NCBI RefSeq assembly: GCF_001194135.2
Contig: NC_068981.1
Coordinates: 70,352,618 to 70,416,617, forward strand
Reading direction: 5' to 3'
Source: Octopus bimaculoides
Lineage: Eukaryota
DNA: 64,000 nucleotides
Shown: one piece after another, positions 37,544 to 51,432 of the stretch
Layout of the letters: each line of letters opens with the position of its first letter
How positions within the stretch are numbered: position 1 is the first letter of the stretch
Program-made: the position numbers and the translations under genes
The notes under the pieces: model-generated
Told to the model about the DNA's origin: nothing
Databases searched by the model: none
The model's input: only the letters and a program-made list of their open reading frames with translations

Positions 37544-38501
37544 TGTCTGTGTGTGCGTGCGTGTGTATGCATGTGTGTGTGTGCGTGTATGTATATGTAT
37601 GCTTATATTTATATTTATGTTTGCACATTTTCCGCTTCCGTTTTTTTACATTTTTATACTTCCTGCTTTCTGCTTTACATTTCTACACGTGTCCACCCCT
37701 CCGTCGAGTTGTTCTTGTTCATCGCATTGTACAGATACACTCCTACGCTCGCACACTCATCCGCCTCCTCTTCATTTCCTAACACTCCCCGTACAGCATC
37801 GTTCCCTCTTGGCCCTGGACTTGTCGCATGTTATTGTTTTCTCCTGTAGCCACTTTCCCCTCTTTCCTTCTTTTCTATATTTTCCTGATAAACGAGTTAC
37901 ATCTGAAACATCAAGAAATTTCCACCTTCGTTTTAAGCGTTAAGCTAAGGCAATATTTGTTAAAGCTTATTCTTCCTGTGTCGTATTGTTTCATCTAGCG
38001 GTTATTAATTTCTTGGTATATATATATATTTGAGTTTGTTTGTGACCACGTGTGTATGTTTGTATACACACGCACGTACTCACAAATACACACACATAAG
38101 TATATGTGTATGTATATATATATATATATNNNNNNNNNNNNNNNNNNNNNNNNNNNNNNNNNNNNNNNNNNNNNNNNNNNNNNNNNNNNNNNNNNNNNNN
38201 NNNNNNNNNNNNNNNNNNNNNNNNNNNNNNNNNNNNNNNNNNNNNNNNNNNNNNNNNNNNNNNNNNNNNNNNNNNNNNNNNNNNNNNNNNNNNNNNNNNN
38301 NNNNNNNNNNNNNNNNNNNNNNNNNNNNNNNNNNNNNNNNNNNNNNNNNNNNNNNNNNNNNNNNNNNNNNNNNNNNNNNNNNNNNNNNNNNNNNNNNNNN
38401 NNNNNNNNNNNNNNNNNNNNNNNNNNNNNNNNNNNNNNNNNNNNNNNNNNNNNNNNNNNNNNNNNNNNNNNNNNNNNNNNNNNNNNNNNNNNNNNNNNNN
38501 N

Positions 38502-38534
<33 letters not shown>

Positions 38535-38860
38535 AGATGAGCGGTAGTGATGTCAATAAGACCCAGAGGTGTTAGGTAATGCTGAGTAAGTCCTATGGAT
38601 AGATCATAGTTAAGCTCCAGGTTCGGTAATTATGCGAATAAGAGGTCCAACGTAGGTCATATATCAGCGTGTGTATATAAGGATTTACTTGTCCTAATGA
38701 AATAAAAAAACAACGCTATGTAGATTTTAGAACATTTATAAATAGGTATTACAGCTGTTTCCAGGATATTTACTATATCCCTTCATCGGAGACGGTGTGA
38801 GAGGATAGTTAAGCAATAGTTACTTTAGATAAGATACGAAATAGGGAGTGAATTGGAGGA

Positions 38861-39170
38861 ACGAAAATAGATGGGAGATATGCAGGGATATTGCATTTGT
38901 AAATCCATTATTTAGGCAGAATGGTATACATGTAACATTCCAATACCTTATGAGTAAAAACCAATAGTCCTTAGAATTAGTCATTCCAAATATAGAGTTT
39001 ATACACCCATGATTCAATAATACTGTGTATAAACTCTATACTGGAAATTACCAATTCTAAAAACTATAGGGTTTTACTCATAACGTATTGGAATCTTAAA
39101 TGTATACCATTCTGCCTAAATCATGGATTTACAAATGCAATATACCTGCATATCTCACATCTATTTTCGT
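38861..39170. repeat. 310-bp foldback element
   Basis: Arms 38861-39006 and 39025-39170 (146 bp each, about 90% identical by hand count) with an 18-nt spacer. Confidence 0.9.
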
Positions 39171-39199
39171 CTCTCAGTGTACCATACTGAGAGATAGAA

Positions 39200-39385
39200 T
39201 AATGAACACAGAGACAAGACATTTCGGTTGGAGATTTTTAGGCCAGGCAGCTTTGCTGATATCATGGGTAACATCATTGATTTTACCGAATATCTCCAAA
39301 GCGAGAGCCCACTTGCGGATGTCATAATCAAACGTCTCCAATCGATGTTGCTTCACAGAAATTGTTTTGATGGTTGTCAAGTGGA
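39200..39385 (-). pseudogene. Degenerate CR1/Jockey-group RT fragment
   Basis: WALALEIFGKINDVTHDISKA resembles the RT 'W..ALD..G...VALDISKAFD' motif. Confidence 0.4.
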
Positions 39386-39407
39386 AACAGAAACGCATAA
39401 ATGAAGA

Positions 39408-39530
39408 GAGGCAGACAGACAAACAGAAACAAAGGCAGACAGACAGACAAACAGAAACAAAGGCAGACAGACAGACAAACAGAAACAAAGGCAGACAGAC
39501 AGACAAACAGAGACAGAGGCAGACAGACAG
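39408..39530 (+). repeat. Minisatellite, ~28-bp unit GGCAGACAGACAGACAAACAGAAACAAA
   Basis: About four tandem units, built from (CAGA)n. Confidence 0.85.
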
Positions 39531-40099
39531 AGTGATAGAGAGAGACAAAGAGACGGTGAGAAAGACTTTTTTTTTAAAGATGTTGGAGGATAGCCATGTT
39601 AATGGCTGTCTTCATTACCTTAGTAATATTAGAATATGAGCATGATAGGCTGATAAGCAAGGTCAGAGGGCTATCAGTTATTAATTAATTATATTTATAT
39701 CATTAACGTTAACAGAAATAATAGAAACATACAAGAAAGACAAAAGTATTCACAGAGGTGGAGAATCGAAATAGAAAATGAAATAGATAACGCGTAGCAA
39801 ATAGCAGCAGTATAACAGGATATTTTTATATCTAAATTTTCTTAAATTTTATTTCATTACAAGAATAAATTATTATCCTGAAAGTGTGGCTGGTCCTACA
39901 CATGTTGAATTGCTGAAACAGACTGATAGAATAAATACCTGGCTTTAGCAAAATAAATAAAATTTCTTCAAAGCGTTGCTAATATGAAAGATGAAAGAAG
40001 AAATAGAATATAGAAACACAAACACACACACAAGTATACATACATACATACATACATGCATACATACATACATACATACATGTGCGGTGAATAAACTGC

Positions 40100-40790
40100 G
40101 GTGAATTAACTGTCGTCTAAATTACGCAAAAATGAAAATAATACTGACATCTCATTTTAATAGATATATTTACCAAAATTACATAAAAATAACTTGAGTT
40201 ACTAATGAGTAAATTTATTCAAGAAAATCGCCACTGGCTTCAACCACGACCTCCAGACGACTTCAGAATCTCCTGCAACTCTTCTGGACGGTCTCCTTAT
40301 CTAAGTTGGTGAATCCTTCCAACTGCGCCCCACGCATAATAATCAAGGGGGTTGCAGTCAGGGAAGTTGTATAGCAAGATATTAGGGGTGATGTGGTCGC
40401 AGATATTGCCTAACAGCCACGACTGGGTTCTCCTGTCTGTGTGGCATAGTGCAGAGCCTTGTTTCCAGATATAGGGTGTCACAGCAGCCAACTTCTTGAT
40501 CCAGAACAGCACTACCATCTCCAGGTACTTGATGTAGGTTTCCATTTTCAGTCTGAGGTCACGTGGAAAGATGAGCAGAGGCACAACGTCGCCATCAATA
40601 GTAATCATTCTAAGGAGTATGACATTGACTGAATGTTTGATTCTTATCACTCTCGAAACATGTCCTCAGATTGAACTGATCTCAGACTGACACCAAAACA
40701 ATCTGAAATGTTCGCATTGGAGCTTCCGACGAGAATGTCAAGCTGTACAGCATGTTGTTTCCAAATTTCTGGCGGAGTGAATTGTGTCAT
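40100..40790 (-). mobile_element. Tc1/mariner superfamily relic, DD37D (maT-type) transposase, decayed
   Basis: KQGSALCHTDRRTQSWL...NFPDCNPLDYYAWG has 37 residues between the position of the second catalytic D (here mutated to G) and the third D. Confidence 0.8.
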
Positions 40791-40986
40791 GATGCCGTTT
40801 CTCTCATAGACGTTACCCACCTGACCTTACCACACTGTGGAGTCGACAAAATCAAAAACAATGTGCAGGCACGAAATTTAAAAAAATATATAACATGGTG
40901 AAAATTTACCCATCGCACCTTGTGTGTGTGTGTGTGTGTGNNNNNNNNNNGCGTGTGTGTGTGCGCGCGAGTATGTGTGTGCATGC

Positions 40987-41022
<36 letters not shown>

Positions 41023-41049
41023 ATCTGTGTATGTACCAGAAAATTAATA

Positions 41050-42460
41050 TTGATAAGGACCCTGGTATGGATAGATTAGGTGCAGTGATATACGAATATG
41101 GTAATGAACATCGCTGTACAATGTTGATAGATGTGATTCAGAGTGTTTGGCACAGAGAAGTGGCGTGATGCGATTATGGAGATACTCTATAAATTGAAAG
41201 ATGGAAAGGATGCCTGCGATAATTTTCGTGGCATCTCTCTGTTAGCTGAGGCTGCAAAGGTCTTTGTATGGCAATGCTGGATAGATTGCATCTGCACATT
41301 GCTGAAGAGGTTCTACAAGAATCACAATTTGGATTTATAAGTGCTTGGTGTACTATGGATATGATATTCTCAGGTAGACAGTTATAAGAGAATCTCATCG
41401 AACAGGATATGGACTTATATCAAGTTTTTATTGATCTCATGAAATCATTTGATTTTGTAAGTAGAGTTGCACTTGGGAGATCCTCAAAAAGCTTGTTGCC
41501 TTGAAAAACATTGTGAGAATGCTTATACAATATCCTGACAAAATGGAGGTAAGAGCTAATGTTGCAGGTACCTTTTCAGATCCAATTTCTGTAGAAAATG
41601 TAAAACAGGGTGATAGTTCTCTACCTACATTGTTTGCTCTGTATTTTACCATAGTCTTTCAAATATCTTTCGAAGATTGTGCTGAAGGAGTCTATATAAG
41701 ATAGAGAGCAGCGGGAAAACTCTTCAGCTTCAAAAGACTTTGTGCAAAAATGAAAGTTCTTCATTCTCACGTCATTAAATTCTTGTATGCAGGTGATTGT
41801 GACTCGTTAGCACATTTCCAGGAAGAAGGGCAACACATGATGAATGCAATTTCTGCAGCATGTACAGCATTGGGCCTTATAATCTACTTGAATAAAACTG
41901 TTCTGATTTACCGACTTGTATCCCCTAAACTTTATATGGAAACTTCTGTGACTGCCTATGGACAAAATTTGGAAGTTGTAACTTAATTCATTTATTTAGG
42001 AAGTACGTTGATCATTACTGGTCTTGATGATGAAATTTCAAATAGAATCAGCAAGGCTAGTGGTTCCTGTGATAGGCTTGACAAGCGTCTCTGACCATAC
42101 CGTGGTATATTATTTCCAAATTAAAGTTGGGGTTTATAGTACATGTGGGCTGTTATCGTTGCTCTAGTGAAGCGAGACATTGGTTGTTTATCGTAGTGAT
42201 TTTAGGAATTTGTAACGATATCATCAATATTGTCTTAGGAAAATTCTTGAGATAATTTAGAAAATTGTGATCAGATAATTTAGAAAATTGTGATCAGTGA
42301 TCAGTACTTGAGAGAAGTGGTAGTAAGAGTGTAGAATCGAGGATTCTGCAAAGTCGTTTTAGATGGGGTAGACATTTTGTGAGGACAAAGAAATATGAAC
42401 CCACAGTAGGGAAGAAGCCATAGCCACTCATAATAAAAAAAAGGAGTACTCGTGGAGTGC
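41050..42460 (+). mobile_element. RTE-clade LINE, RT region and 3' part, heavily decayed
   Basis: KDPGMD, NFRGISLLA, DLMKSFDFV, VKQGDS..PTLF, LYAGDC and FIYLGS motifs. It is colinear with 52608-52830, so the same family. Confidence 0.88.
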
Positions 42461-42464
42461 ATCA

Positions 42465-43030
42465 GTGAAAACCTCAATAAATTGTAAGCACGACAGACCT
42501 GATATAATGATTTGGGATAGAGAAGAGAACCACAGTTGTGGAAATTACCTGCCCAGCGGATGTTAACATAAACCTGAAGATCAGTGAAAAAGAGAATATT
42601 TACGCTAAACTATAAAGAAATCTGCAGTTACTCTATCCAGATCACGAGTTCAGGTTTATACCTGTAATTATTGGACCTTGTGATATGCAGCACACTGCCT
42701 AAATACTAATCTTGAGAAATTAGGTTTCTCAAAACTAGAAAGGAGAAAACTAATTCGAAGACTATAGAACCAATCCAACACTGGAACTGTAAAAATCCGT
42801 AAAACTTTCCGGAAAGATATCATTTAAATATCTATAAGCATGTCTAGATATGCAACTATATGCATGAGAATACATACATAAAACAAAATATACAAATCTC
42901 ACGTATACATACATGCGTACATACATAATACATACATACATACATACATACATACATACATACTTACATACATACATACATACATAAAGACAGACAAACA
43001 GAGAGACACACATACATACATACATAACTG
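42465..43030 (+). mobile_element. 3' end of a REL-endonuclease (R2/R4/NeSL-group) LINE with (TACA)n tail
   Basis: KHDRPDIMIWDRE..VVEITCPADVN..K.SEKENIY PD-(D/E)xK motif and FIPVIIG, then a short UTR and (TACA)n. Confidence 0.75.
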
Positions 43031-43199
43031 TTTTTTCGTATTCGAGCAAAGAAATTGCTAGAAAGAATTATTGAAATGGGTAATTGATGATGCAATGTGA
43101 GACCCTTGAATGACTTGAGCCTGGCCAAAGATTCACACATTCTAATGCATTATACACAGCTGTGCTGGCTGGCAGAAGGAACATGTGCTACAATGAAGT

Positions 43200-43680
43200 C
43201 TTTCTGATATACCTTTTCAATCCTCCAATTGAAAGGCACATCTTTACCCAGGTTGTACATGTTCTGTTGTGAAAAATAGCCGTATCACAATTGACAAGGT
43301 ATAAATTCCTGTGAGGTATCTGGTGGCTGACCAGGTTTGCATCGCTCAAGCATTTCCTCCGATAAATCACACGCATAAAAAGCAACATGCCGTCATTTTG
43401 CACAGATTCATTCTTTCTCAGCTTCTCCTGATCTATTAGTGCTTCATGCTCACTTTTTCAAACTTCGAACAACCGCTGAGCACTTTTTTCCTTCATCCAT
43501 TACAGTCTTGTGCCTCTCTCTCTCTCTCTCAATCAACAACTGAAATCACTGTCTGTGGAAGAGCAATTCTGAGGCAGTCCTTGAACCACACTTTGGAGTT
43601 ATGTGCTGACCTCCTATAACCATCCAGCTCAGCTCACCATTCAAAAGTTGTCGGCAATCTTAAACATACAGTAGTAAAGT
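43200..43680 (-). mobile_element. RTE-like LINE 3' fragment, degenerate
   Basis: RLP..L.GEL..GYRR..K.WFKDCL-like segment, and a terminal RKCLSDANLVSH resembling the RTE C-terminus. Confidence 0.45.
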
Positions 43681-45540
43681 AATTAAAAGTGTATACTGTA
43701 TATAATTAGTATATTCTAGATTTTGGAAAAGCGTCCCTAAATTTTGTCATTTTCGTATTCTCTTTTCTTTTCCATCACCCAAAACCCAAACTTAATATTA
43801 CATACATTGTAATGGGACATTAGCATAATATATGCTTAATTAATTGTTTATTTCATTATGAATTTTTGTCACATGATTTTTAAATTCTTTGTTATGTTTG
43901 GCTTTAGTTTAACCTTGTTATCGTATCCAAATTTTTAATACATTTTTATGTTATACTGTTTAAAATAATTTTATTGCCAATTTTAAAACCATAACTTGTT
44001 AATTCAACAATGGCATATTGATTATTTTCCTTGATATTAGCAAGTCAAATTTCAAATACATTTTTTGAATACAGTTATACCGTTGCAGGACAGCAATTAT
44101 CTTAATTAAAATTTCTGAACACAACTAGTGTAACGCAAAGATAAATCGTTGCTTTCAAATGAAAAATGAAAGTCAATGTGGTAGAATTAATTCACTTCTT
44201 TTATACACACACTGAACCAGTGCGATTGCAACGGGGTTACCTTTTATACTCGAAACTAACGATTTTCCTTTACAATATTAAAATGGTAATTCATTTGTAA
44301 TAAATGTTGCACCAAACTTTTCTTGTAAATGGAAGAAGGATTTAGGAATATATTTTACATATGGTTATTTTCAAGAATACAAAGGATCTGGTTTTAACGA
44401 AAGTAGATTCAATATGTCGCCTAGTTTAATACATATGTCTAACAAGTGTAGACATTTAGTGGCTTCCAATCTTTTGCAGCCATTTGGGTCAGTAAAAATC
44501 TCGGCATAGATTCTTCCTCTTTCATACCATCAGACACTAATCTCAGTCATCGTCAATATTGGTTTCTTACTTAACACAGTATGTTTAAATATATTCAATG
44601 TATGAACACCATACTTTTTCTTTGCTGTCATCGATCCAATGAAGCATCACCGATTTACCGTCGAAATACTCTTCCATAGCATTTTTACCGTCTTTCAAAA
44701 TAAAAGGACACTGGATAAGTCAAAAGAGAAGATATGACAACAATTTGAATTGTTCAGATCATAGTTCTGTTTCACCATAGATGACATTGGTTAAACGACT
44801 GCTGATTATAACTTCATAGTTGGGTTATAAATGTTTATAATTGCAAGCAATAGAGAGCTAGTTTAACCTCAGTTCAAGTAACCACTTTTGCTAATATAAT
44901 TGGTCAAATATTCACATTTGCATTATACATATTGTATTTAATGTTATTATGATGTATCTATTTGGATAATTGTAATTTATGTAAAAGTTAAAGTGTTAAA
45001 CTTCTGTCAGTTTGGAAAGCTTATTAAATTTAATCATAGCATTAAATAAATCGATCATACATAATAGAATGATAATATTTTGCTTTAGATAAATCCAGTA
45101 AGAGGTAATCTAAAATAATTTCTAAAATTGGCACAAAGCCACACATTTCTAAAGGAGAAGCAGATTCGATGAAATCAATTAAGTAATACCTCAAACAAGC
45201 AGAATCAACATGACTTGATTTTAGCTCAGCAGTGAAAGGAATGAAAATAAACCTTAAAACTGAATTATTTTTTTCCGCTACCCAAGCGTTCAAAGAAATA
45301 TAGACCAGTTAATTTCAATAATTAGTATAATTAAGGAATAAAGATTCAATAATTTGTATGCAAACAATTATGTTTGTTTTTGTTAATTATAAGGAATGTA
45401 TTTTATACACTTTTGTACTTTCAAAATAAATTTTGTAAAACCTTATAGATATAAGTTTCAAGAAACGGATATTCCTAATACATGCTATTATTATTATTGC
45501 TGTTCTTGTTATTGTTATTATTATTAATATTACTATTGAA

Positions 45541-45982
45541 AAGGCGGCGGATCTGTCAGAATCGTAAGCAAGCTGGATGAAATGTTTAGCGGTATTTCGC
45601 TCGCCACTACGTTCTGAGTTCAAATTCCGCCGAAGTCGAGTTTACCTTTCATTCTTTCAGGTTCAATAAAATAAGTACCAGTTAAATACTAGGGTCGATG
45701 CAATCGACTTTTACCCACCCTCCCACCAAGCTGACCTTGTCGCAAAAATTTGAAATTATTATTATTAATATTATTATTATTGTTGTTGTTGTTGTTGTTA
45801 TTACTATTGAAAAGGTGGCGGAGAAATGTTTAGCTTTCTTTCGTCTGCAGCTACGTCCTGAGTTCAAATTCCGCCGAGATCGATCATTTTTGAATCGGGG
45901 TCGATAAATTAAGTACTAGTGTAACACTGGAGTCGACATAATGGACCCCCAAATTTCAGGCTTTGTGCCTTTTGTAAAAGGG

Positions 45983-46042
<60 letters not shown>

Positions 46043-46370
46043 GTTCAGTAGTTTTATTTTTACTACTCCGGAGAAAATTCTTAACGGCATTTCGTCTGTC
46101 CTTACATTCTAATGTCAAATTTCATCCCATAGGAGTCGATAAGTAGAAAGAATTATTATTATTATTGTGGCTGAATCTTTAGCAATCCAGACAAAATGCT
46201 TAGAAGTATTCTTTCTGACCTTATGCTATGAGTTCAAATGCCACCGAGGCTGAGTTCACCTTTAATCTTTTCAACATATCTAAAATATAGTGCCAGTCAC
46301 ATACCCGGATCGATCTTACCGACTTCCACCTATCCTCAAAAACTACTGGCTCTATATTAAAATGTGAAAA
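45541..46370 (+). mobile_element. Head-to-tail train of four SINE family B copies separated by (ATT)n
   Basis: Units at about 45541-45755, 45812-45975, 46068-46150 and 46168-46370 share GAAATG.TTAGC, GAGTTCAAAT(TC/GC)C.CCGA (B-box) and GTCGAT(A)AA blocks. Confidence 0.8.
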
Positions 46371-46499
46371 TATTTTTATTATACGTGGGGCACTGTTTCT
46401 TAACTTCGAACATTTAATGAAAGCTTAGTCTCCCCTTTCATGAGCAGAGGGTTTTTTTCGCTAGAATTGATAAGTGGCCATCTCCGAATCAGATCTTAA

Positions 46500-46829
46500 C
46501 CCATTACCAACCAGTGATCTCATATGAGATCACTTTAAAATTACAAATTTCGTAATTATCTGTCAATATTTACACATATCTAACGTTTTTGCTATATCTA
46601 CTAGGTATATTTCTCTGATATTCAAATGAGGTTTGCTAATTTTTTACCCAATATCTCGCTTATTTCTATTTAAAATGGTATTTTGAAATGTTATTTTGAA
46701 ATGTTATTTTGAAATGTTATTTTGAAATGTTATTTTGATCATTCCAGTGTGTTTCTACGGCTGTTTTATGCTAGAAATCAAAGTTTCATAAAAAAAATTC
46801 CAGTTAATAGAATTATGGGAGGTAATGGG
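46500..46829. mobile_element. piggyBac-type MITE (330 bp)
   Basis: TTAA target duplication (46496-99 and 46830-33). TIRs CCCATTACCAACCA and CCCATTACCTCCCA. Internal 13-bp tandem repeat TATTTTGAAATGT, about 4.5 copies (46679-46738). Confidence 0.8.
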
Positions 46830-48147
46830 TTAATCAACCGTTTTTATCGTTAAGAATGCGTCCTTTCATAAATTTTGATTGTTTAGCGTTAGAGCACCTA
46901 CTGCGAAAATTATAGGTATTGAAGAGTTTCCCGTTCGAACTTTGACATAGAAAGGCCATAGTAGTACATGCTATTGTTGACAAATTTGAAGGTGGGAGGC
47001 ATTATAAGTCAATGTATTTTACAACATAAATAAGGTTTACTAAATAGTGATAAAGCCAAGCTTTAACGGCAGAGAATCAATGGAATTTCAGGACATTATC
47101 CGGAAAACATATCGTTGTAGAGAGGCAGATTCGGTAGCTGGAGGAATGCTCTAGAACAAGGCTGGAACAAAATCGGGAGGAAAGTTGTGACTTTCACTTC
47201 AGAAATGAATTGTTAGAAAGCTGTACCTGAAAAGAGGAAAGCAAAGTTGCATACTCACTGTGATAAATTGACGTTACAGAATTGTCTTACGCATACACAT
47301 ATACGTACACACATTTATGCGTGTACGTCTGTTTATGTGTTTGTGCTTGTAAATAACAAACAAAGCAACATCAATACGTTATGAATATTATAACTATCAT
47401 TATAATTGTATTAATTCGGTTGTAGCTGTATAGCGTTACTTAAATTTCGCATTAGCAGGCACGTTTAGATGTTAGCATGATATATTTGTTATACCTTAAA
47501 AGTTAAGTAACTGCATATGGCTTCAGCTGCACACACAATCAAACACAATTATATACATTCGGATATACATGTGTCTATACATATGCATACACATATATGT
47601 ATGAATGTATACACATAATCACGTATATATGACATCATATGTGCTAAGATTACTGATATATGGTATTACAAATGCGTAATAGAGCATTCCAAAAAATAAT
47701 TAGAGATAAGTTAAATGTAGTTATAATATAACCACTCATTTTTGTATTCTTTCGGCATCTGCTATCATCTTAAAAATACTTTATAATATTAAATTAATAG
47801 GATTATATGTATTCTAAATAACATTTTTATACTTTCATAATATATTAAGAAAATCTTTTTTTGCGCAGCTATTTTTTTTTATATCAGAAACAACATACCA
47901 ATATATATCAATATGAGAAAACACATGAATTATTAGAATTGTAATTAGCTACAGAATAGAGATTCATTGTGCATTATATTTTAACAAACAAGCATATGTA
48001 CACATCGCATTGTACACCTTCACAAACACGTGCAGATGACAAAGCCTTATATACTAAAACAGATATGAACACTCACATACACACGTGTGCTTGTTTGTAT
48101 CAGTTTGATCCTTATTCTGTGAGCAGTGTATCTTCAACGTAATTGTG

Positions 48148-48188
<41 letters not shown>

Positions 48189-49238
48189 NNNNNNNNNNNN
48201 NNNNNNNNNNNNNNNNNNNNNNNNNNNNNNNNNNNNNNNNNNNNNNNNNNNNNNNNNNNNNNNNNNNNNNNNNNNNNNNNNNNNNNNNNNNNNNNNNNNN
48301 NNNNNNNNNNNNNNNNNNNNNNNNNNNNNNNNNNNNNNNNNNNNNNNNNNNNNNNNNNNNNNNNNNNNNNNNNNNNNNNNNNNNNNNNNNNNNNNNNNNN
48401 NNNNNNNNNNNNNNNNNNNNNNNNNNNNNNNNNNNNNNNNNNNNNNNNNNNNNNNNNNNNNNNNNNNNNNNNNNNNNNNNNNNNNNNNNNNNNNNNNNNN
48501 NNNNNNNNNNNNNNNNNNNNNNNNNNNNNNNNNNNNNNNNNNNNNNNNNNNNNNNNNNNNNTATATATATATATATATATATATATATCGTATATTGCAT
48601 GTGTGTATGTGTATGTATATGTATATACATATACATACGTTCATTACATACTTTCTGTATAGCTGCATACATACATATATACATGCATGCATACATACAG
48701 ACATACATATCTTGATATATTTCAATATTTTAGGCTATTATACCATGCGTAATTAACTTCTCTACAGAAACAAACATCATAACACTTTGTTCCCAATTGT
48801 TTTCAATTTGATATCTTTTGTATATTTCATATGCGTATATGCGAAACTCCAGAAAAACATTCTGTTGAATAGAATCTTTAATCGTTTAGAATAAATTGCT
48901 GCAAGAAATTTAAGTATCATGCAAAATCATTTGTATTTAATCATATATGTGGGTGTTGAGATGTACATCTATTCTTTCTTTGTAAAAGTCTCAGAACTCT
49001 TGAAATTAACCAGATCAACAACAGTCTCTTCTGCTAACGGGCAGCTAGAAATATTCTGTGGTGCAGCCAGTTTATTCAGCGAGAATAAACTGTATAAATA
49101 CCTTGCTTTATACTTCATAAGCACAAAACATTCTATAGTGTATTAATCAAAACACACACACACACACGCACACACACACGCACACACACACACACACGCA
49201 CACACACACGCACACACACACACACGCATACACACACG

Positions 49239-49272
<34 letters not shown>

Positions 49273-49407
49273 CAAAGATTGATAGACATATATGCACACA
49301 TATACACACAGACGCGCTCACATACAGATATATTGAAGCACATATTTATGCTTGTTTTTGTTAGCTTGTTTGTGAAGGCATTCGTGCATGCACATGGGTG
49401 AGGACGT

Positions 49408-49459
<52 letters not shown>

Positions 49460-50461
49460 TATGTGAGCTAATGAGCCCAGCAGTAGACGGACAGAAAAGA
49501 AATTAAGAACAGCTATCAAAGTACTGTTTTCTGCCATTGATTGGAACTGACGTGTGCTCAATCATGTTGGACTGATGACAAAGTAGCGCTCTGCATGACC
49601 TGAGTATGGAAATAAAGCCAATAACTATATACAAATGGAATGTTGCATTAATCCATGTAGAGTATAGGCAAATACAATTGAGGCTTTCAACATTCCTTTC
49701 ATTCTGTCGTGACTGACTAAATTCGGTCAAATTTATGCTTCTTACATCTGAAAATGTAACTGAAGTATCGAGTGAAAATAATAGAAACTATACTTGCTTC
49801 GAAGCAGATAAAAAAAATATTAAAGGAAAAATGAATGTGATCGTGGACGACAATCGGAGAGAGTGAATGAAAATATGTTCAAGATATATCACCCTTATAC
49901 GATTTTTAGTGCCCGTGGAAAAACAATTATGTTTGTTATTTTTCCCAGAGTTTTGTGTTCATATACTTGACTATCTTTGCTACTTGTTAAACTCGAGTTT
50001 AGGATTATTTAAACAATGCCATTATATTGTTAATCAGTGTTTTGCTGCATTGTTATCCTTAAGGAATGAATATTCACTTGTAGCGCTTTCATTAGTTTAC
50101 ACTTACAGACAATACGCTAACTCGACATTCATTTCTTTTCTACACTGCTTATGATTAAACTAATAAAAGCCGTATAACCGAGTTATATAAATACTAGCTG
50201 TAGAACGTTAAGGTGCATGTTTAATAGACATATTGAATTGCTGTGACTGTATATTTAATAGATTGATTGCTGTGAGTATATAGATATATATAAATATATA
50301 NNNNNNNNNNNNNNNNNNNNNNNNNNNNNNNNNNNNNNNNNNNNNNNNNNNNNNNNNNNNNNNNNNNNNNNNNNNNNNNNNNNNNNNNNNNNNNNNNNNN
50401 NNNNNNNNNNNNNNNNNNNNNNNNNNNNNNNNNNNNNNNNNNNNNNNNNNNNNNNNNNNNN

Positions 50462-50493
<32 letters not shown>

Positions 50494-51432
50494 ATAGACT
50501 AACTGAATTACTGTGAGTAGATAGATAAAACCTAACAATAACCATGTTAATGATATTACATAAGGTCAGATATTATCGATTAAAGCTAAAATCAAAGCTC
50601 ACATTTTACCGTTTTCAGGTATAACTTTATTTAGTAATACAATATTAAATATGGCCTTCCTTTCTTAAAACATTCGGACATGATTTGGGAGAGACTTAGC
50701 TAATATTTCTGGCAAAAATGGCTCTGAAACATTTTGTTCTGTGGTCTGCCCGGCAGGTGTCACAGGGCACCACAGCCTGGACCCGGTCGTCATCCCTCAG
50801 CTGTGAGCAAATTTAGGGTTAGATGCAAGCCTATGAATATAGGATGTTGGAATGCTCGGACGTTATTAGACAATGATTGTCTGAAATCTTGTCTGGAGAG
50901 AAGATCTGCGCTTGTTGCAAAAGAGTTACAACGATATGATATGGATGTTGTAGCGTTAGCCGAAACACGAATTCATGGAAAGGACAATGTCGTAGGGAAA
51001 TCTCCTGAGTATCATTTATTTTGGAGCGGTAGAGAGGAGATTTATAAGAAAGAATCAGGAGTGGGATACGGTATCAAAATTAATCTGGTTTCAAAATTTG
51101 AGGAACTAACATGTGGTCATTGTGATCGTTTGATGTCTTTAAGACTTCCATTAAGAATAGGTCGCTATGCAACACTCATAAGTGCATATTCTCCAACTAT
51201 GAATTCATCAGAAGATGATAAAATTGCATTCTATCTATCACTTACAAAGATTATACGAAGTATACACCATGATGACAAAGTTGTCATTTTAGGTGATTTC
51301 AATGTTCACGTTGGTGCAGATTGGGAGACTTGGGGTGTATTAGGAAAGCATGGGGTTGGGAGTTCCAACAGTAATAGCTTACTACTGTCACAAATGTATG
51401 TAGAGCTGGATTTGTGTGTCATGAATACAATG

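Noticed and set aside
46679-46738. Short tandem arrays (13-bp here, 28-bp at 39408, 23-bp duplication near 42251) as CRISPR-like arrays
   Set aside because: There are no unique spacers and the context is eukaryotic; these are ordinary slippage repeats.
50734-50830. GC-rich RTE 5' region as a possible HDV-like ribozyme
   Set aside because: Some RTEs carry one, but I could not build the nested double pseudoknot by eye. It needs a descriptor search.
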